A DNA stretch of 64,000 nt from assembly GCA_965153285.1 (NCBI GenBank), contig OZ229110.1; one strand, 5' to 3'. The notes beneath the pieces are model-generated. The model did no database searches. It was not told where the DNA came from and saw only the letters and a program-made list of their open reading frames with translations. Source of the DNA: Podarcis tiliguerta. Taxonomy: Eukaryota. Position numbers and translations under genes: made by a program. Below, piece by piece: positions 62,801-64,000 of this stretch; position 1 is the first letter of the stretch, and each line of letters opens with the position of its first letter.

Positions 62801-63196
62801 CTTTTGCACAGAAAGGATTATATCCAACAGTCAAGTGAGCAATGAGGTATCACCTTACTCTCTTCTCCCCGTCCCCCAATCTCTTTCAAAGAGTTTCCCT
62901 GTCAGATAAGTTACCATATTTAAAGCTGGAGTCAGCAAAAGGTGGATGTAGATCTCTGGTTGATCTGCACTAGATCAGCAAGGATATCTGCCTCCCAGCT
63001 GTGAAACAATAGCAACATCAAATTGATCCCCCACCCACTTAATTTAGGCAGGTGAAATGAAGAAAGCCTAGGGGGATGAGGATCCAGGAATGGACCTTAT
63101 AAACATAATTTCCCCACCATATTTTAAAGTAATTATCTGTTTCTGTTTTCAGTACCAATCCCAGATGTCTGTCTTGTCAATGGAACACTTTACAGG
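8008..63196 (+). CDS. MUC5B: Gel-forming mucin, MUC5B-like (44 exons traced; 3' end beyond window)
   Basis: Phase-consistent exon chain: signal peptide, VWD/C8/TIL assemblies D1-D2-D'-D3, large CysD/PTS exon, D4, VWC. Post-PTS sequence [36 protein letters not shown] and lack of GDPH match MUC5B (as recalled) better than MUC5AC/MUC2. MUC5-group call is very strong; MUC5B vs MUC5AC is less certain. Confidence 0.8.
9018..9295 (-). mobile_element. L2 LINE 3' end with (AAT)n tail
   Basis: Minus strand reads [18 protein letters not shown] (L2 ORF2 end), then GTTAGCCGCCCTGAG...GGGCGGGATATAAAT and a microsatellite tail. Confidence 0.7.
10241..10297 (+). CDS. MUC5B: Probable exon 2 ([19 protein letters not shown])
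   Basis: cagCAG tandem acceptor, 57 nt open, phase 1-1, strong donor G|gtgagt; weak polypyrimidine tract and no domain homology. Confidence 0.55.
10514..10585 (+). CDS. MUC5B: Exon 3 ([24 protein letters not shown])
   Basis: tttgtag acceptor, T|gtaagt donor, 72 nt, phase 1-1; resembles the MUC5 pre-D1 linker. Confidence 0.8.
12435..12696 (+). CDS. MUC5B: Exon 4, VWD1 start
   Basis: [20 protein letters not shown]...CNYVFASHC; AG/GT boundaries. Confidence 0.95.
13207..13321 (+). CDS. MUC5B: Exon 5, VWD1
   Basis: [14 protein letters not shown]...LWNEKDSLM; phase 2-0. Confidence 0.93.
13981..14343 (-). mobile_element. Sauria SINE
   Basis: tRNA-like head with B-box GGTTCGAATCC and (ACCTTT) tail on the minus strand; similar to the copies at 19596 and 27264. 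Confidence 0.9.
14858..14948 (+). CDS. MUC5B: Exon 6, VWD1 (CGLCG)
   Basis: [30 protein letters not shown]. Confidence 0.95.
16367..16476 (+). CDS. MUC5B: Exon 7
   Basis: [22 protein letters not shown]; phase 1-0. Confidence 0.93.
16897..17110 (+). CDS. MUC5B: Exon 8, C8-1
   Basis: [10 protein letters not shown]...[24 protein letters not shown]. Confidence 0.95.
18527..18652 (+). CDS. MUC5B: Exon 9, TIL1
   Basis: [20 protein letters not shown]...[13 protein letters not shown]. Confidence 0.95.
18905..19022 (+). CDS. MUC5B: Exon 10
   Basis: [29 protein letters not shown]; phase 1-2. Confidence 0.94.
19203..19509. mobile_element. hAT-type MITE with internal inverted repeats
   Basis: TIR CAGGGGTCGGCAA / TTGCCAACCCCTG; 8-bp TSD GCCTAGTG/ACCTAGTG. 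Confidence 0.8.
19596..19961 (-). mobile_element. Sauria SINE
   Basis: Full length; flanking direct repeat CCATTCTGCTACATA (19581-19595, 19960-19974). Confidence 0.92.
20809..20947 (+). CDS. MUC5B: Exon 11, VWD2 start (GC donor)
   Basis: [31 protein letters not shown]...YVLSK; ends AAG|gcaagt. Confidence 0.9.
21713..21823 (+). CDS. MUC5B: Exon 12, VWD2
   Basis: [26 protein letters not shown]. Confidence 0.94.
23102..23351. other. Assembly gap (250 N) in intron 12
   Basis: Run of N; exons 12 and 13 join in phase across it. Confidence 0.99.
23533..23602 (+). CDS. MUC5B: Exon 13
   Basis: [23 protein letters not shown]; phase 0-1. Confidence 0.92.
24675..24812 (+). CDS. MUC5B: Exon 14
   Basis: [28 protein letters not shown]...GRTC. 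Confidence 0.95.
24911..25075 (+). CDS. MUC5B: Exon 15
   Basis: [14 protein letters not shown]...[22 protein letters not shown]. Confidence 0.95.
25631..25725 (+). CDS. MUC5B: Exon 16, C8-2
   Basis: [26 protein letters not shown]. Confidence 0.94.
26366..26809. mobile_element. Probable hAT-type element
   Basis: Ends CAGTGGCGGAG / CTATGCCGCTG; degenerate 8-bp flanks AACTGGCC/AATGGGCC; GC-rich interior. Confidence 0.5.
26833..27074 (+). mobile_element. Tc1/mariner (Tigger-like) MITE
   Basis: TA-CAGTGGTACCTCGGGTTA...GATATCACTG-TA; same family at 36181 and 57709. Confidence 0.85.
27264..27615 (-). mobile_element. Sauria SINE (second subfamily)
   Basis: Full length; perfect 15-bp TSD AGTATTCTGTGATAG (27249-27263, 27617-27631). 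Confidence 0.93.
28159..28285 (+). CDS. MUC5B: Exon 17
   Basis: [27 protein letters not shown]. Confidence 0.95.
28470..28875 (+). mobile_element. Degraded L2 LINE ORF2 3' fragment
   Basis: Remnant HWL...QFQVLVLT...LGPGYLKD-like motifs with frameshifts; boundaries approximate. Confidence 0.5.
29049..29304 (+). CDS. MUC5B: Exon 18, TIL2/E2
   Basis: [28 protein letters not shown]...CPCYYKG. Confidence 0.95.
29763..29815 (+). CDS. MUC5B: Exon 19
   Basis: [11 protein letters not shown]; phase 2-1. Confidence 0.9.
30155..30255 (+). CDS. MUC5B: Exon 20, D' (TIL')
   Basis: [33 protein letters not shown]. Confidence 0.95.
31208..31359 (+). CDS. MUC5B: Exon 21
   Basis: [23 protein letters not shown]...CPCIHN...CNTC. 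Confidence 0.95.
32484..32622 (+). CDS. MUC5B: Exon 22, VWD3 start
   Basis: [33 protein letters not shown]. Confidence 0.95.
32722..32835 (+). CDS. MUC5B: Exon 23
   Basis: DHCG...[24 protein letters not shown]. Confidence 0.95.
33160..33720 (+). mobile_element. L2/CR1-type LINE endonuclease fragment
   Basis: [32 protein letters not shown] matches the APE endonuclease N-terminus (NARS..NK...CITETW) with W replaced by a stop. Confidence 0.7.
33817..33996 (+). CDS. MUC5B: Exon 24
   Basis: [33 protein letters not shown]. Confidence 0.95.
34954..35193 (+). CDS. MUC5B: Exon 25 (D3 CGLCG)
   Basis: [12 protein letters not shown]...[15 protein letters not shown]. Confidence 0.96.
36181..36406 (+). 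mobile_element. Tc1/mariner (Tigger-like) MITE
   Basis: TA TSD; TIR CAGTGGTACCT. Confidence 0.88.
36658..36814 (+). CDS. MUC5B: Exon 26, C8-3
   Basis: [32 protein letters not shown]. Confidence 0.96.
36949..36984. repeat. (TG)18 microsatellite
   Basis: Direct read. Confidence 0.95.
37249..37377 (+). CDS. MUC5B: Exon 27, TIL3
   Basis: MFCDYYN...[21 protein letters not shown]. Confidence 0.95.
37786..37930 (+). CDS. MUC5B: Exon 28
   Basis: [28 protein letters not shown]. Confidence 0.94.
37975..38116. mobile_element. Short Tc1/mariner MITE, related TIR
   Basis: TA-CAGTAGCACCTCC...GGAGGTACTACTG-TA. Confidence 0.75.
38510..38553 (+). CDS. MUC5B: Exon 29
   Basis: [14 protein letters not shown]; phase 2-1. 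Confidence 0.9.
38642..38830 (+). CDS. MUC5B: Exon 30
   Basis: [31 protein letters not shown], then Thr-rich. Confidence 0.93.
39619..49764 (+). CDS. MUC5B: Exon 31, central exon (10,146 bp): 12 CysD domains interleaved with PTS
   Basis: Lies within the 3399-aa ORF; ttacag|AA acceptor, ACAG|gtaatt donor; length divisible by 3, phase 1-1; 10-Cys CysD domains with WxxW. Confidence 0.95.
40022..48871 (+). repeat. Coding tandem repeat, 10 x 885 bp (295 aa, CysD+PTS)
   Basis: Identical motifs recur at an exact 885-bp period (shadow ORFs start at 40042, 40927, ... 48007); only a handful of substitutions and no indels seen. Confidence 0.97.
50455..50568 (+). CDS. MUC5B: Exon 32 (PTS end + CFC)
   Basis: [11 protein letters not shown]...[17 protein letters not shown]; cagCAG acceptor, G|gtgagt donor. 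Confidence 0.9.
51403..51668 (+). CDS. MUC5B: Exon 33
   Basis: [33 protein letters not shown]...[10 protein letters not shown]. Confidence 0.94.
52528..52696 (+). CDS. MUC5B: Exon 34
   Basis: [19 protein letters not shown]...YECEC. Confidence 0.94.
53262..53509 (+). CDS. MUC5B: Exon 35, VWD4 start
   Basis: [32 protein letters not shown]. Confidence 0.95.
54050..54233 (+). CDS. MUC5B: Exon 36, VWD4
   Basis: IFFNHELV...EIPAL...[15 protein letters not shown]. Confidence 0.95.
54522..54657. mobile_element. Palindromic hAT MITE
   Basis: TIR CAGGCTTCCTCAACCTC; perfect 8-bp TSD GGTTTGAC; degraded relatives near 12060, 16700, 20330, 23770, 25800, 52050 and 63710. Confidence 0.9.
54843..55074 (+). 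CDS. MUC5B: Exon 37
   Basis: [15 protein letters not shown]...CSEMASYW...SPLCELI. Confidence 0.94.
55422..55525 (-). mobile_element. L2-type 3' tail with (AAT)16
   Basis: (AAT)n 55422-55469, then CCCCGCCCTCCCCAGCC...GGCTCAGGGTGGCTAAC as at 9058-9098. Confidence 0.65.
55839..56017 (+). CDS. MUC5B: Exon 38, C8-4
   Basis: [18 protein letters not shown]...LEIYASLC...[10 protein letters not shown]. Confidence 0.93.
56742..56811 (+). CDS. MUC5B: Exon 39
   Basis: [21 protein letters not shown]. Confidence 0.92.
57709..57921 (-). mobile_element. Tc1/mariner (Tigger-like) MITE, opposite orientation
   Basis: Reverse complement of the 26833/36181 element; TA TSD. Confidence 0.88.
58444..58544 (+). 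CDS. MUC5B: Exon 40
   Basis: [23 protein letters not shown]. Confidence 0.93.
59478..59509 (+). CDS. MUC5B: Exon 41 (32 bp)
   Basis: [11 protein letters not shown]; phase 1-0. Confidence 0.9.
59835..59876. repeat. (GT)21 microsatellite
   Basis: Direct read. Confidence 0.95.
60768..60945 (+). CDS. MUC5B: Exon 42, VWC
   Basis: [15 protein letters not shown]...DPCCPELQC. Confidence 0.93.
62080..62184 (+). CDS. MUC5B: Exon 43
   Basis: [17 protein letters not shown]...GDCCVSFPC. Confidence 0.92.
63153..63196 (+). CDS. MUC5B: Exon 44
   Basis: [14 protein letters not shown]|gtaaga; phase 1-0; gene continues beyond the window. Confidence 0.88.
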
Positions 63197-64000
63197 GTAA
63201 GAATGCGAGTTTTATGTCTACATATACTATGTACACAGATTAAAATCCTTCTTTTCTATTGTTCCCTTTTCAGTCATAGGCAGAGACTGTAGCAACAGCA
63301 GTAGCAGTAGCAGCAGCCGGACTTTGAAATTAATTTCAAGGGGTACCTGTCAAGTCAAAGCAATGCTGTTTGAGCATGCTTTTTTTTAATATACTGATTT
63401 TCAGACATATTTATTATACCTTTCAACTGTGCAGGTTCTCAAGAGTAGCTAAAAACAACCAAAAAGGAACGTGAAATGGCAGAACCGCCAAACAATAAGA
63501 ACAGATGTTAAAACCACATAATATAAAACACCATAAGGTTCTGGGGAGATAAAAGAATATTATTTTGGCTTTGTACCAAAAAGACATTGAAGTCAGTGCT
63601 AGGTGAGCTTTCCTGAGGAGGGTGTTCCAGAGGAGGAAAATGGCAATGGCACCCACCTGAGAGGCGCTAGAACATAGTTCCGGCAAGTTCCGGCTGAAAA
63701 ATATCCTTGCCTGTCACCCTCGCTGGCCATTGGGCATGCTGACTGGGGCTGGTGGTAGTTGGAGCCCAATACCTAGAGGGCCACGGCTTGCACCTCCCTG
63801 CCTAAACCATGCAATGATTTGCATGTGCAAATCTTCACTGATAGCTGTGCTGTTGAGTTGGCTGCATCATCCCAAAAGCAGGCATTTTTCCAGTCACACT
63901 GCTGCTTACAAAGTACGCAGCGCTCAGGGAGACTGATGTATCCAGTAGGCCTCCATCACCAGCATAATGTATATATGCCAGTGAGATGAACAATAACCGG

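Noticed and set aside
8008-63196. VWF, MUC2, MUC6 or otogelin identity
   Set aside because: No VWA domains (not VWF); has D4/VWC and many CysD (not MUC6 or otogelin); 12 CysD, no GDPH and extra N-terminal exons argue against MUC2.

Overview
Vertebrate genomic DNA, most likely from a squamate, probably a lacertid lizard (inferred from Sauria SINEs, BovB and lizard-type CR1/L2/hAT/Tc1-mariner repeats). Almost the whole window (8008 to beyond 64000, + strand) is one gel-forming mucin gene of the MUC5 group, best matching MUC5B. I traced 44 exons by hand with consistent splice phases (16,050 nt, 5,350 codons; exon 2 is the least certain). They encode a signal peptide, the VWD1-D2-D'-D3 assemblies, a 10,146-bp central exon 31, D4 and the start of the VWC region; the last VWC/cystine-knot exons lie past the window end. 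The central exon has 12 CysD domains. Ten of them sit in almost identical 885-bp CysD+PTS units, which contain a 147-bp sub-repeat and show 1,770-bp higher-order duplication. Other notable points: a GC-AG intron 11, no GDPH autocleavage motif in D4, Asp-to-Ser at a conserved position in the amplified CysD, and an intron near the end of the PTS region. Introns and the 5' flank hold many TE fragments, and there is a 250-N gap. I found no evidence for a wholly new biological system; the best leads concern the repeat architecture of this mucin. Comparisons to human mucins are from memory and need alignment to confirm.
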